A DNA stretch of 64,000 bases from an uncultured Clostridia bacterium. Lineage in GTDB: Bacteria; Bacillota; Clostridia; Christensenellales; UBA1242. The stretch covers positions 65,201 to 129,200 of the forward strand of contig CALWKF010000001.1 of NCBI GenBank assembly GCA_944381215.1, given 5' to 3'. The position numbers were made by a program, and so were the translations under genes. Below, in pieces: positions 20,021 through 29,205 of this stretch (positions are counted from its first letter, which is position 1; each line of letters opens with the position of its first letter). A model generated the notes under the pieces. It had not been told where the DNA came from and searched no databases. It saw nothing but the letters and a program-made list of their open reading frames with translations.

Positions 20021-21439
20021 ATGAGTTGGAACACTGTTATTGGACTCGAAGTGCACAGCGAGTTAAACACTAAAACAAAGTGCTTCTGCGGATGTAAAAA
20101 CGAGTTTGGCGACAAACCAAACACGAACTGTTGCCCCGTGTGCACCGCAATGCCAGGGTCGCTTCCCGTACTAAACCGTGATGCTGTCGAGCGCGCGATT
20201 TTAATGGGGTTGGCAGTCGGTTGTAGAATTAACAACTACTCCGTTTTCGAACGCAAGAACTACTTTTACCCAGACTTGTGTAAGGCCTACCAGATTTCGC
20301 AACTCGAATACCCGCTATGTGTTGGCGGTGGACTAGAGATTGAACTTGAAGACGGCACAAAGAAATTTATTCGACTTGACCGAATTCACCTTGAAGAAGA
20401 TGCTGGTAAACTCATTCACTCACGTAATGGTACCATGATTGACTACAACCGTGGTGGCGTGCCCTTGATCGAAATTGTATCGAAACCCGATATGAACAGC
20501 GCAGAGGAGGCAGTTGCGTATTTGCAGAAACTTCGTAGTACACTCCTTTATGTCGGCGTTAGCGATTGTAAAATGCAGGAGGGTAGCATCCGCTTTGATG
20601 TCAACATTTCAGTAAACCGCGACGGCGAGCCTTTGGGGACCAGAACGGAGCTAAAAAACCTAAACTCATTTAGGGCAGTGCTTCGCGCTATTAAGTACGA
20701 GTCAGCAAGACAGATTGAGGAGCTCGAGGCAGGCAGAAAGGTTATCCAGGAAACCCGTCGTTGGGATGATGCGAAGGGCAAGACCTACTCCATGCGTACA
20801 AAGGAAGACAGCCAAGACTACCGCTACTTCCCAGACCCCGACTTAATTCCTCTAGATGTAACTGAGGAGTATATTGAGTCCATTCGCAAGAAACTCCCTA
20901 AACTCGCACCCGAGCGTAAGGCGGAATATCAAAAAATGGGCCTTACCGAACAGGATGCTACACTTATTACTAGCGAGCGCGCTTATGCCGACTTTTTTGA
21001 GGCAGTGCTAAAATACTTTAACGAACCTAAGTTTGTGTGCAACTGGATAACCGCCGAGGTGTTTAAGAAATTAAATGCACTCGAGGAGGATGACCGAAAG
21101 ATTTCCGTTACCCCTCAGGACCTTGCAAAAATGCTCGAGTTGTATAAAAATGGTGAGATTAACCAGGCAGGTGCTCGTAAGATTTTTGACGCTCTTTGGG
21201 AAGGGGAGACCGATCCTGTAAGACTAGTTGAGACTCTCGGCCTCAAACAATTAAACGACACAGGGGCTTTAAAAGCAGTACTCGAAAAAATTATTGCAGA
21301 TAATCCAAAGGCCGTAGCCGAGTTGAAGGCTGGCAATGAAAAAACTATGGCCTTCTTCGTTGGCCAAGCGATGCGCGCGACCCAAGGGAAGGCAAACCCG
21401 AAACTCGTAAACGACTTAGTTAGAGAACTTATTAAATAG
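20021..21439 (+). CDS. gatB: Asp/Glu-tRNA amidotransferase subunit B
   Basis: WNTVIGLEVHSELNTKTKCFCGC...RIHLEEDAGK motifs. Confidence 0.96.
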   Translation: MSWNTVIGLEVHSELNTKTKCFCGCKNEFGDKPNTNCCPVCTAMPGSLPVLNRDAVERAILMGLAVGCRINNYSVFERKNYFYPDLCKAYQISQLEYPLCVGGGLEIELEDGTKKFIRLDRIHLEEDAGKLIHSRNGTMIDYNRGGVPLIEIVSKPDMNSAEEAVAYLQKLRSTLLYVGVSDCKMQEGSIRFDVNISVNRDGEPLGTRTELKNLNSFRAVLRAIKYESARQIEELEAGRKVIQETRRWDDAKGKTYSMRTKEDSQDYRYFPDPDLIPLDVTEEYIESIRKKLPKLAPERKAEYQKMGLTEQDATLITSERAYADFFEAVLKYFNEPKFVCNWITAEVFKKLNALEEDDRKISVTPQDLAKMLELYKNGEINQAGARKIFDALWEGETDPVRLVETLGLKQLNDTGALKAVLEKIIADNPKAVAELKAGNEKTMAFFVGQAMRATQGKANPKLVNDLVRELIK

Positions 21440-21448
21440 GAGGGAATT

Positions 21449-21673
21449 ATGAGAGACGAAAAAGAATATGTAATGGCAAAACCGCCAATTGATGACTTGA
21501 CTAAAAAGGTGGGTAACAAATTTTTACTTACTTGCCTAGTTGCAAAGAGAGCAAAACAGTTGAATAACGATTACCTACTAGGCGAGCCCATGGACAAGGA
21601 CCCAAAGGTTATTGCTATGGCCGCAGAAGAGGTTTATGAGGGCAAGGTAGGGGCATTCAAACCCCAGCAGTAA
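21449..21673 (+). CDS. rpoZ: DNA-directed RNA polymerase subunit omega
   Basis: PPIDDLTKKVGNKFLLTCLVAKRAKQLN matches the omega core. AGGAGGG RBS. Confidence 0.8.
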   Translation: MRDEKEYVMAKPPIDDLTKKVGNKFLLTCLVAKRAKQLNNDYLLGEPMDKDPKVIAMAAEEVYEGKVGAFKPQQ

Positions 21674-21682
21674 GGAGTAAAG

Positions 21683-23878
21683 ATGATTGCCGAAGTCATA
21701 GTTGACATTACGAACGATCAGGTTGACAAAGTGTTTGATTATATTGCGCGACCTGACACCGTTGCTGGCGAACGCGTAACTGTGCCTTTTGGTAAACGCT
21801 ATATCACGGGATATGTGTTACGCTTAAAGGAAAAGAGTGATTTGCCTAGCAATATATTGAAGCCACTCGGGCAGCCAAAGGATGATTATCCCGTGCTGTT
21901 GCCCGAGTTTTTGGCTTTAAATGACCAAATGCGCGCGACCTTTCACTTACGGAATGTCGACTGCATGCGCTTGTTTATTCCTACGCAGTTAAGAAATGAC
22001 AAGGCAAAGCCCCTCTACATCCGCTTTATTGAGATAACCGAAAGTTTTAACGATGTTGAACTTCTCTCGTTAGTGCGTAAAAATGCCACAAAACAAATAG
22101 AACTAATTAAGTACCTGCGCCCTGATATATCGTACCCACAAGCCGAATTGAATAGAAAGTTCGGCGCAAATAATGTGGCGAAATTATTAGAACTGCGCGT
22201 TGTTCGGCAAATAACCTCGCAAAAACTCCGTGCCCCCAAGTTTACCTCGCGCGAGGATAAAAAGGTAACGCTTACCCCCGCGCAACAAAAGGTTGTGGAC
22301 TCCATTCTAAACAATCGCGAGCACGAGCACTTGATTTTTGGCGTTACTGGCAGTGGTAAGACCGAAGTTTATATGCGCATTATCTCAAAAGTTTTGGAGG
22401 AGGGAAAGAACGCCATTTTGCTAGTGCCCGAAATCTCTTTAACTCCGCAGGTGTTATCGACCTTCACTGCGCGCTTTGGCGAAAACGTCGCAATTCTGCA
22501 CAGTGGGCTTAGCGATGGCGAACGCTTTGACGAGTGGCGTCGAATTAGGCTAGGGGAGGCGCGTATTGTAATCGGTGCCCGCAGTGCCATTTTCGCGCCG
22601 CTTGAAAACATCGGCGCAATAATACTCGACGAGGAGCACGACACCAGTTACAAGGCCGAGTCAAACCCTAGATATATAACTCACACGGTCGCAAAAATTA
22701 GAGGGGAATATAACCATTGCCCCGTGATTTACGGCAGTGCCACCCCGAGCCTCGACACTTTTTACCGCGCGAAAAAAGGCGAAGTACTGCTACACACCCT
22801 CCCAAATCGCGCAAATAGTAAACCCATGCCTAGTATAGAAATAGTCAATATGTGTGACGAGATGCGAACGGGCAATACGGGCATTTTTAGCGGGAAACTT
22901 TTAGAGGAACTTGATAAAGTGGTGAGCGAAAATAATCAGGCAATGCTCTTTTTAAACCGCCGTGGTTTTAGTAGCAGTATGGTGTGCCGTGAGTGCGGGT
23001 ATGTGGCAAAGTGCGAGGACTGCGATGTCGCTCTTGTGTATCACAAGGCCGATAATTTGCTAAAATGCCACTACTGTAACCGTCGGTACAAGGCCCTTAC
23101 AAACTGCCCAAAATGTGGCAGTAGTTACATCCGTATGGGTGTCGTAGGCACCGAGCAGGTGGCCGAGGAAATCTCAAAGCGTTTTCCAGGGGTAACGGTA
23201 CTCCGCATGGACTACGACACCACAAAGAACAAGAACGAACTCAATAATTTACTCGAAAAATTCGGTAAAACCCGCCCTTGTATTTTGGTGGGTACCCAAA
23301 TGATTGCAAAAGGGCACGACTTTCCAAATGTTACGCTTGTTGGCATAATTAATGCCGATATGAGCCTGCATTTTAGCGATTTTCGGGCGACCGAACGCAC
23401 CTACCAACTAATCACCCAGGTGGCAGGGCGCGCAGGTAGAGCGGACAAGGATGGTAAGGTCATTTTGCAAACCTATACGCCTAAGCACTACGTATATAGA
23501 TTTGCCTCAAACTACGACTATTTAGGCTTTTACGCTAAGGAAATAAACCTCCGCGAGGTCGCCAAATTCCCGCCATTTTCTAAAATAATTAGAGTGCTGA
23601 TTACCTCGGAAAATAAGGATGAGGCGCGGGCAACTACCGCTAGACTGTACTCGCCAATTCAGGACTATTTCTTAAATAATCGCGAGCAATTCTTATATTG
23701 CGAGGCCATGGCATCCCCAGTTACGCGCATTGAAAAGAAGTATCGCTACCAAATTTTATGCCGATTTTTACTAGATACAGAGCCCAAAATTACTGACTTT
23801 ATTTACGAAACCGTTAGCAGGGACAAGCATCCCTCCGCGCTGGTTTTTGTAGAAATCAACCCCAGCAATATGTCCTAA
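21683..23878 (+). CDS. priA: primosomal protein N' (replication restart helicase)
   Basis: [11 protein letters not shown] Walker A, DEEHD, and a Cys-rich zinc region CRECGYVAKCEDCDVALVYH...CHYCN...CPKCGS. Confidence 0.93.
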   Translation: MIAEVIVDITNDQVDKVFDYIARPDTVAGERVTVPFGKRYITGYVLRLKEKSDLPSNILKPLGQPKDDYPVLLPEFLALNDQMRATFHLRNVDCMRLFIPTQLRNDKAKPLYIRFIEITESFNDVELLSLVRKNATKQIELIKYLRPDISYPQAELNRKFGANNVAKLLELRVVRQITSQKLRAPKFTSREDKKVTLTPAQQKVVDSILNNREHEHLIFGVTGSGKTEVYMRIISKVLEEGKNAILLVPEISLTPQVLSTFTARFGENVAILHSGLSDGERFDEWRRIRLGEARIVIGARSAIFAPLENIGAIILDEEHDTSYKAESNPRYITHTVAKIRGEYNHCPVIYGSATPSLDTFYRAKKGEVLLHTLPNRANSKPMPSIEIVNMCDEMRTGNTGIFSGKLLEELDKVVSENNQAMLFLNRRGFSSSMVCRECGYVAKCEDCDVALVYHKADNLLKCHYCNRRYKALTNCPKCGSSYIRMGVVGTEQVAEEISKRFPGVTVLRMDYDTTKNKNELNNLLEKFGKTRPCILVGTQMIAKGHDFPNVTLVGIINADMSLHFSDFRATERTYQLITQVAGRAGRADKDGKVILQTYTPKHYVYRFASNYDYLGFYAKEINLREVAKFPPFSKIIRVLITSENKDEARATTARLYSPIQDYFLNNREQFLYCEAMASPVTRIEKKYRYQILCRFLLDTEPKITDFIYETVSRDKHPSALVFVEINPSNMS

Positions 23879-23925
23879 ATCAATGTATATTTATACATAA
23901 TATTAATAAAAATTCGAGGTGAAAA

Positions 23926-24792
23926 TTGATAAAAGCACAGATTATAAAAGGCGTCGGTGGTGATTTTTGGGTGAGGGATGACACTCGCGTTTTGGTGGTA
24001 AAAGGGCGAAAAAAATTAAAGGAAGATAAGCTCTATATCGGAGACTATGTCGAGGTAGATGAGGAGGCAAAGGTTATCGAAAAATTACTCCCTAGGAAGA
24101 ACTTTTTGGTGCGCCCGCCTCTTGCAAATGTGGAGCAGGCATTAATTATTCTTGCCCCAATACCCAAGCCCGATTTGTTGCTTGTTGATAAACTTTTGGT
24201 AAAATTCTTTTCGCTAAAAATCGAACCCGTGATTGTAATAAACAAGATTGACCTGTGCGCCAATGCCGTAATCAGCGAGGTTACCGCGCAGTACGGGAGT
24301 ATTTGTAAAATCGTATTGATTTCGGCACTCGACTATAATACTACATCGGTTACCCTCAATCCCTTGCTCGCAAATAAATTTAGCATTTTGACTGGGCAGT
24401 CGGCTGTGGGGAAGACGAGCATTCTAAACTGCCTAAAACCCGATATTACGAGCGTTACTGGGGAGCTTAGCCGAATTGGTCGGGGGAGGAACACAACTCG
24501 CCACAGCGAAATTTTCGTGCTAGACTCTGGGGCAATGATTGCTGACACTCCTGGATTCAACGCGTTCGAGTTGGACGGCTTTACCCCCGAGGACATCGTG
24601 GACAACTACATCGATTTTCATATATTTAGTAGAGAATGTAAATTCAATAACTGCAATCACATTAGCGAGAGTTTTGAGGACTGCGCCGTAAAGCGAGCAG
24701 TAAGTAGTGGCGAGATTACGCAGGCGCGCTACGATAGATATAAGACACTTTTTAATTCCGCATTAGAAAAGGAGAAAAAGCAATATGGATAA
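23926..24792 (+). CDS. rsgA: ribosome small subunit-dependent GTPase A
   Basis: NKIDL...GQSAVGKTSILN...DTPGF and a C-terminal zinc knuckle CKFNNCNHISESFEDCAV. TTG start behind GAGGTG. Confidence 0.9.
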   Translation: MIKAQIIKGVGGDFWVRDDTRVLVVKGRKKLKEDKLYIGDYVEVDEEAKVIEKLLPRKNFLVRPPLANVEQALIILAPIPKPDLLLVDKLLVKFFSLKIEPVIVINKIDLCANAVISEVTAQYGSICKIVLISALDYNTTSVTLNPLLANKFSILTGQSAVGKTSILNCLKPDITSVTGELSRIGRGRNTTRHSEIFVLDSGAMIADTPGFNAFELDGFTPEDIVDNYIDFHIFSRECKFNNCNHISESFEDCAVKRAVSSGEITQARYDRYKTLFNSALEKEKKQYG

Positions 24793-25456
24793 AAAAATAT
24801 TAATCGCCCCCAGTACCGACCCGTGCCCGATTGGAGATTTAATTGAGTACGGCCGTGAGCTCTTGCGCGAGGGCGCAGACTGGATTCATTGCGACATAAT
24901 GGACGGACACTTTGTCGAGCGCAAAACCTTCGATGAGATTGTTTTGAGCCTGCTTAGTAAGCGTGTAAACGGCATTATGGACGTGCATCTAATGGTGGAG
25001 GACCCGATTGAAAAATTGCATCTTTATGCAAAAGCGGGAGCCAATAACATCACCGTGCATTACGAGGCGTTGAAGGGAACGATTGCTACCATTAACGCGA
25101 TTAATGAAATCCACACACTAGGGTGCAAGGCTGGGTTGTCGATAAAGCCTGAGACTCCTGTATCCGTAATTGAGAACTTCCTGCCTTTTGTAGATATTGT
25201 GCTAGTTATGAGTGTAGAGCCAGGCAAAAGCGGGCAGAAGTTTATCAACGACAGTCTCTCTAAAATCGCAAAACTTAATACCTTGCGAGAGCAGAACGGC
25301 TATAACTTTTTAATCGAGGTCGACGGCGGAATAAACGATCAAACGGCAGGGGCGGTAGTCTCTTTGGGAGCCGACGTGCTAGTCGTAGGCAGTGCTATAT
25401 ATTCCTCACATAACCGCGCCCAACTTATCCGAACTCTTAAAACTATAAATGATTAA
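24785..25456 (+). CDS. rpe: ribulose-phosphate 3-epimerase
   Basis: IHCDIMDGHFV...MSVEPGKSGQKF...VDGGIN motifs. Overlaps the rsgA stop. Confidence 0.95.
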   Translation: MDKKILIAPSTDPCPIGDLIEYGRELLREGADWIHCDIMDGHFVERKTFDEIVLSLLSKRVNGIMDVHLMVEDPIEKLHLYAKAGANNITVHYEALKGTIATINAINEIHTLGCKAGLSIKPETPVSVIENFLPFVDIVLVMSVEPGKSGQKFINDSLSKIAKLNTLREQNGYNFLIEVDGGINDQTAGAVVSLGADVLVVGSAIYSSHNRAQLIRTLKTIND

Positions 25457-25522
25457 ACCCTTACATTCCGCACAATTTCTTTGAGTCTATCATATAAAAC
25501 TATATACATAAGGGGGAATATT

Positions 25523-25594
25523 GTGCGTATAATTGTTATAAAGGCACCTAAAATACTACGGGGGCTGTTTAGATTACTCTTTCGTAAACAATTA
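25523..25594 (+). CDS. spoVM: SpoVM-like micro-protein (23 codons as sequenced; the C-terminal half looks frameshifted)
   Basis: Not in the ORF track (too short). AAGGGGG RBS, GTG start. MRIIVIKAPKILRG resembles B. subtilis SpoVM MKFYTIKLPKFLGG (from memory). It sits in the B. subtilis position between rpe and the divergent rpmB. Confidence 0.5.
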
Positions 25595-25603
25595 GCAAAT
25601 TAA

Positions 25604-25650
25604 AAAATATACCCAAGTCAATTACTATAAACTTAGGGTATATTTTTATT
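25604..25650. terminator. bidirectional terminator between the spoVM-like ORF and the 207-aa orphan
   Basis: atataccc (25606-25613) pairs with gggtatat (25636-25643). A run before, T run after. Confidence 0.55.
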
Positions 25651-26269
25651 TTGAGTAATCAAGTTCATGCTCTTTTCCAATTAATATGGGCAGGTAAATG
25701 TAACTTTTACCATATAACTTTTCTACAGGTTGGAGTTTGGGTAACTGCTTGTCAATTTGTCGGTTAAACTCTTTTTTCTTTACAACCGAGTACATAATTT
25801 CGCGCATTGTTTGCGTGTTCTGCTTTACTAATTGTTCACGCATTTTTTCGGTCTGCCAGTAGGGTTTTGCTTCGCCGTTTTTGCAGTAACTTAATGAAAT
25901 ATGCTTATCAAGCGTTTGAATAACTTTAGGGAAGTCATAGTTAAAGATTTTGTAAAAACAGCCGTTTTGCCGTATGGTTTCTAGTAATTCATACCCAAGA
26001 GTATTGTCATCTTTAAGTATTATATATAGGTTCAATTTACCTTTTTCAATATCCCAAACCATCTCTAGCCCAAACAAATTGCGACGCCCCTTTAGACTGT
26101 ATTTGGGTAATGCAGGCCCCTTATTTTTACCTGTAGTTAGGTCGTTGTACGTAATATAGTTTTGATTTATGTCATTTAAGTACTGCTTTATGCACTCCAG
26201 CATATTCTCTTTACTGGGATTCTTTGTATTTTGTCTAAGTGAGTAATCGCTACCACACATCATTGCCAT
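25646..26269 (-). CDS. hypothetical protein (orphan, AT-rich)
   Basis: 207-aa ORF, GGAGA about 10 nt upstream. No recognisable motif. Composition is visibly AT-richer than the flanks. Confidence 0.6.
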   Translation of the reverse strand: MAMMCGSDYSLRQNTKNPSKENMLECIKQYLNDINQNYITYNDLTTGKNKGPALPKYSLKGRRNLFGLEMVWDIEKGKLNLYIILKDDNTLGYELLETIRQNGCFYKIFNYDFPKVIQTLDKHISLSYCKNGEAKPYWQTEKMREQLVKQNTQTMREIMYSVVKKKEFNRQIDKQLPKLQPVEKLYGKSYIYLPILIGKEHELDYSK

Positions 26270-26497
26270 TTTTGTTTCATCTCCTGTAATCGATATAAAT
26301 ATATCACAATATAACCTTTTTGTCTATATCTAATAATGAAATTTTTAACAACTTTGTATCAAAAAGCAAACTGGCACATGTCTTTTAGTTCTTTATTTTT
26401 CTATAAGATAGTCAAAAGCCAATAAAACAAGTGTTCTATTGTAATGTTAGTAAAGGGAACAAAAAAAAGACCGCTAATATGCAGTCTTGATTATAAA

Positions 26498-26695
26498 TTA
26501 TTCAGCCTTCATTTTTTTGATGCAACGGGTGCAAAGCTTCATTTTGCATTTGTTACCGTTTTCGGTAGTTACAGTTACTGTCTGCAAGTTTACTTGCTTT
26601 GGTGAAGAAGTACGACGCTGTACCCATTGACTTTGACGGTGCACCTGATTGGCAGCCATCTGTGTCTTACCGCAATTTTCACATACTTTGCTCAT
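26498..26695 (-). CDS. rpmB: 50S ribosomal protein L28 (Cys-containing, zinc-ribbon form)
   Basis: Start at the internal Met MSKVCENCGK behind an AGGGGG RBS. VNLQTV and CTRC match the L28 pattern. Divergent from asp23/yloV as in Bacillus. Confidence 0.8.
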   Translation of the reverse strand: MSKVCENCGKTQMAANQVHRQSQWVQRRTSSPKQVNLQTVTVTTENGNKCKMKLCTRCIKKMKAE

Positions 26696-26926
26696 AAAAA
26701 CACCCCCTGTTGAGATTTCTATATTCGCTCGATAGAACCCTAATTTTGCACTATCGAAAAAATGGTATAATGATTGTATCATTTTTTTATAATTTTTGCA
26801 AGCCTATTTGCATATATTTTTTAAAGAAAATTAAATTTATAAAAAAATTTGGCCAAAACACTTGATAAATTCGGCATTTAGTAGTAAAATAAATCTTGTA
26901 CCATGTACACAAACTAGTGAGGTTTT

Positions 26927-27277
26927 ATGTCAGTTACCACGACTAACTATTATGGTAAAATATACATAGCAGATGACGCAATCGCAGCGATTGCCGCAGC
27001 GGCTGCCTTAGACTGCTATGGTGTAGTTGACCTTGTATCAAAAAAACTTAGCGACAACTTTGCCGACCTATTTAAGAAGCAACAGTTAGGTAAGGGTGTC
27101 AAGATCATTACGAACGAAAATAGGATTTTCATAGACTTATTTGTAGTCTTAAAATATGGAGTGTCGATTAGTGCTGTTGCCGAATCTCTAAAAAAGGCGG
27201 TCAAGTATCGCGTGGAGGAGTTTTCTGGGATGATAGTCGACACCGTAAATATTAATGTAATAGGTGTAAGGGTTTAA
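26927..27277 (+). CDS. Asp23/Gls24 family envelope stress protein (YloU-like)
   Basis: YGKIYIADDAIAAIAAAAALDCYGVV is a typical Asp23 N-terminus. Followed by yloV. Confidence 0.9.
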   Translation: MSVTTTNYYGKIYIADDAIAAIAAAAALDCYGVVDLVSKKLSDNFADLFKKQQLGKGVKIITNENRIFIDLFVVLKYGVSISAVAESLKKAVKYRVEEFSGMIVDTVNINVIGVRV

Positions 27278-27332
27278 CTTACATCATTTTCCCATTTCAT
27301 TTCAATTGTTTTTAGTAAGAGGTTTAAGTATA

Positions 27333-28973
27333 ATGGAAAAAAGTATAAACGGTGCTACATTACGTAGGATGATTAACGCCGCAAATGTATATTTGGAAAA
27401 CAATAAAAAATATATCGATAGTCTAAATGTGTATCCAGTGCCCGATGGAGACACAGGAAACAACACTTCGATGACATTAAAGTCAGCCACAAAGGAAGTA
27501 AACGATTGCCCGACAAATAACCTTGACAGCCTTGGCGAGGCACTAGGCAAAGGTGCTCTGCGTGGCGCGAGAGGAAACTCAGGCGTAATTTTATCGCAGA
27601 TTTTGCGCGGAATGTCTAACGAGATTATAAAACATACCGAAATCACGACCAAGACCTTCGCAAAGGCAATGCGCGGTGGTGCCGAGTACGCGTATAAGGC
27701 TGTGTCCATTCCAAAAGAAGGCACAATTCTAACAGTAATTCGCGTCATGGCAGATAGTGCCGAGGCCGCAGCAAAGAAACACTCAGACTTCGAGGGCTTT
27801 TTTGACCAGGTATTGAAAACTGGTGAGGAAATCTTGGAGCAGACACCTGAGTTACTGCCTGTATTAAAGCAAGCGGGCGTTGTCGACGCTGGTGGAAAGG
27901 CGCTCCTTGTCATCTTTACAGGTTTTTACAAGGGCCTTATTACTGAGGACGAGGAATTTATTCTCAAAGAAGCGGAAGAGGCAAAGCCGATTGAGGACAA
28001 CAGCGCAATTATCAACTATGAGAACCTTGCCGACATCGAATTTGCCTACTGTACCGAGTTTATGGTCATCGAAATGAATAAAAAGACCACAGAGTCGGAC
28101 ATTGACAAGCTTCGCGAAAAGTTGATGGCAATCGGCGATTCAGTAATTTGTATTGGGGACCTCAGTCTTGTCAAAGTCCACGTTCACACGAACGAGCCGA
28201 ACCGCGCTCTTGGCTACGCGCTGGAGTTGGGCGAAATTCACAACATCAAAATTGAGAATATGGTCCAGCAAAATCGTGAACTAAAAGCAGCAAGAGCCAA
28301 GGCCAACCAGTTTACAAAGCCATTCGGTATGGTGTCGATTGCCACTGGTGAGGGAATTAGTGCCGTGTTTAAAGATTTGGGCGTAGACCAAATCGTAGAA
28401 GGTGGGCAGACTATGAACCCGAGTGCTGACGACATTGCAAAGGCCGTTGAAAAGGTGCCTAGCGACCACGTCTTTGTATTTCCAAATAACAAAAATATTA
28501 TTCTTGCTGCCGAGCAGGCGCAAAATTTAACGAAACGCTTTATACATGTCATCCCTACGGTGTCAATTCCTGAGGGAGTTTCAGCGTGCCTAGCGTTTAA
28601 CATGGACGGCACAGTGGAGGAAAACATCGAGGCAATGAATACCGCGCGCAGTAGCGTGTCGAGCGGTGCTGTAACTTACGCAGTGAGAAAAACTCACATC
28701 GACGGCTTTGACCTAAGTGAGGGTGATATCATTGGAATGTCTGCTGGTAAAATCGTGTCAAAGGATAAACTCGTAGGTGAGGCAACTATAAAACTCGTCG
28801 AAAAGATGATGAACGAGGATAAGGTAAATATAACTCTTTTCTATGGCGAAGGCGTTAATGAAGAGGATGCCAACGCGCTTTGCGAGAAGTTGCAGGGAAA
28901 ATACCCCGATTGCGAGGTTTCCGCAATTCCTGGTGGGCAACCCGTTTATTACTATCTAATCAGTATCGAATAA
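27333..28973 (+). CDS. yloV: DAK2 domain fusion protein YloV
   Basis: YPVPDGDTGNNTSMTL and GARGNSGVILSQ are Dak2 motifs, with a DegV-like C-terminal half. ATG 27333 is preferred to the track's TTG 27306. Confidence 0.88.
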   Translation: MEKSINGATLRRMINAANVYLENNKKYIDSLNVYPVPDGDTGNNTSMTLKSATKEVNDCPTNNLDSLGEALGKGALRGARGNSGVILSQILRGMSNEIIKHTEITTKTFAKAMRGGAEYAYKAVSIPKEGTILTVIRVMADSAEAAAKKHSDFEGFFDQVLKTGEEILEQTPELLPVLKQAGVVDAGGKALLVIFTGFYKGLITEDEEFILKEAEEAKPIEDNSAIINYENLADIEFAYCTEFMVIEMNKKTTESDIDKLREKLMAIGDSVICIGDLSLVKVHVHTNEPNRALGYALELGEIHNIKIENMVQQNRELKAARAKANQFTKPFGMVSIATGEGISAVFKDLGVDQIVEGGQTMNPSADDIAKAVEKVPSDHVFVFPNNKNIILAAEQAQNLTKRFIHVIPTVSIPEGVSACLAFNMDGTVEENIEAMNTARSSVSSGAVTYAVRKTHIDGFDLSEGDIIGMSAGKIVSKDKLVGEATIKLVEKMMNEDKVNITLFYGEGVNEEDANALCEKLQGKYPDCEVSAIPGGQPVYYYLISIE

Positions 28974-29042
28974 TAATTTAAAACGGCTAATTATTTGTTA
29001 CTACCTAATCAGTATTAAATAATAAAATTTAAAGCGACTAAT
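28945..29042 (+). repeat. tandem diverged duplication (48 + 49 bp) spanning the yloV stop codon
   Basis: 28945-28992 tttattactatctaatcagtatcgaataataatttaaaacggctaatt versus 28994-29042 tttgttactacctaatcagtattaaataataaaatttaaagcgactaatt. Confidence 0.8.
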
Positions 29043-29205
29043 TTAACTACACCTCAAAAGTGTCCAACTTTTGGGGTGTGCTTAAAATAAATAGTCGTTT
29101 TTTTAATAAAAATTACAATCTTTTACATAATATAAAATGAATTAAAAATAACATTCCACATACAATAACAATGCAAACCGGCTTGCAAAAAATGGAGGTG
29201 GAATA

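Noticed and set aside
27302-27913. Long antisense ORFs inside real genes (for example 27302-27913, 21115-21519, 42836-43228, 46723-47235, 51223-51666, 17201-17593, all minus strand)
   Set aside because: They are mirror-frame shadows of well-supported genes (yloV, gatB, rpiB, the 44686 surface protein, uvrA, ligA). They have no RBS and low-complexity or odd composition.
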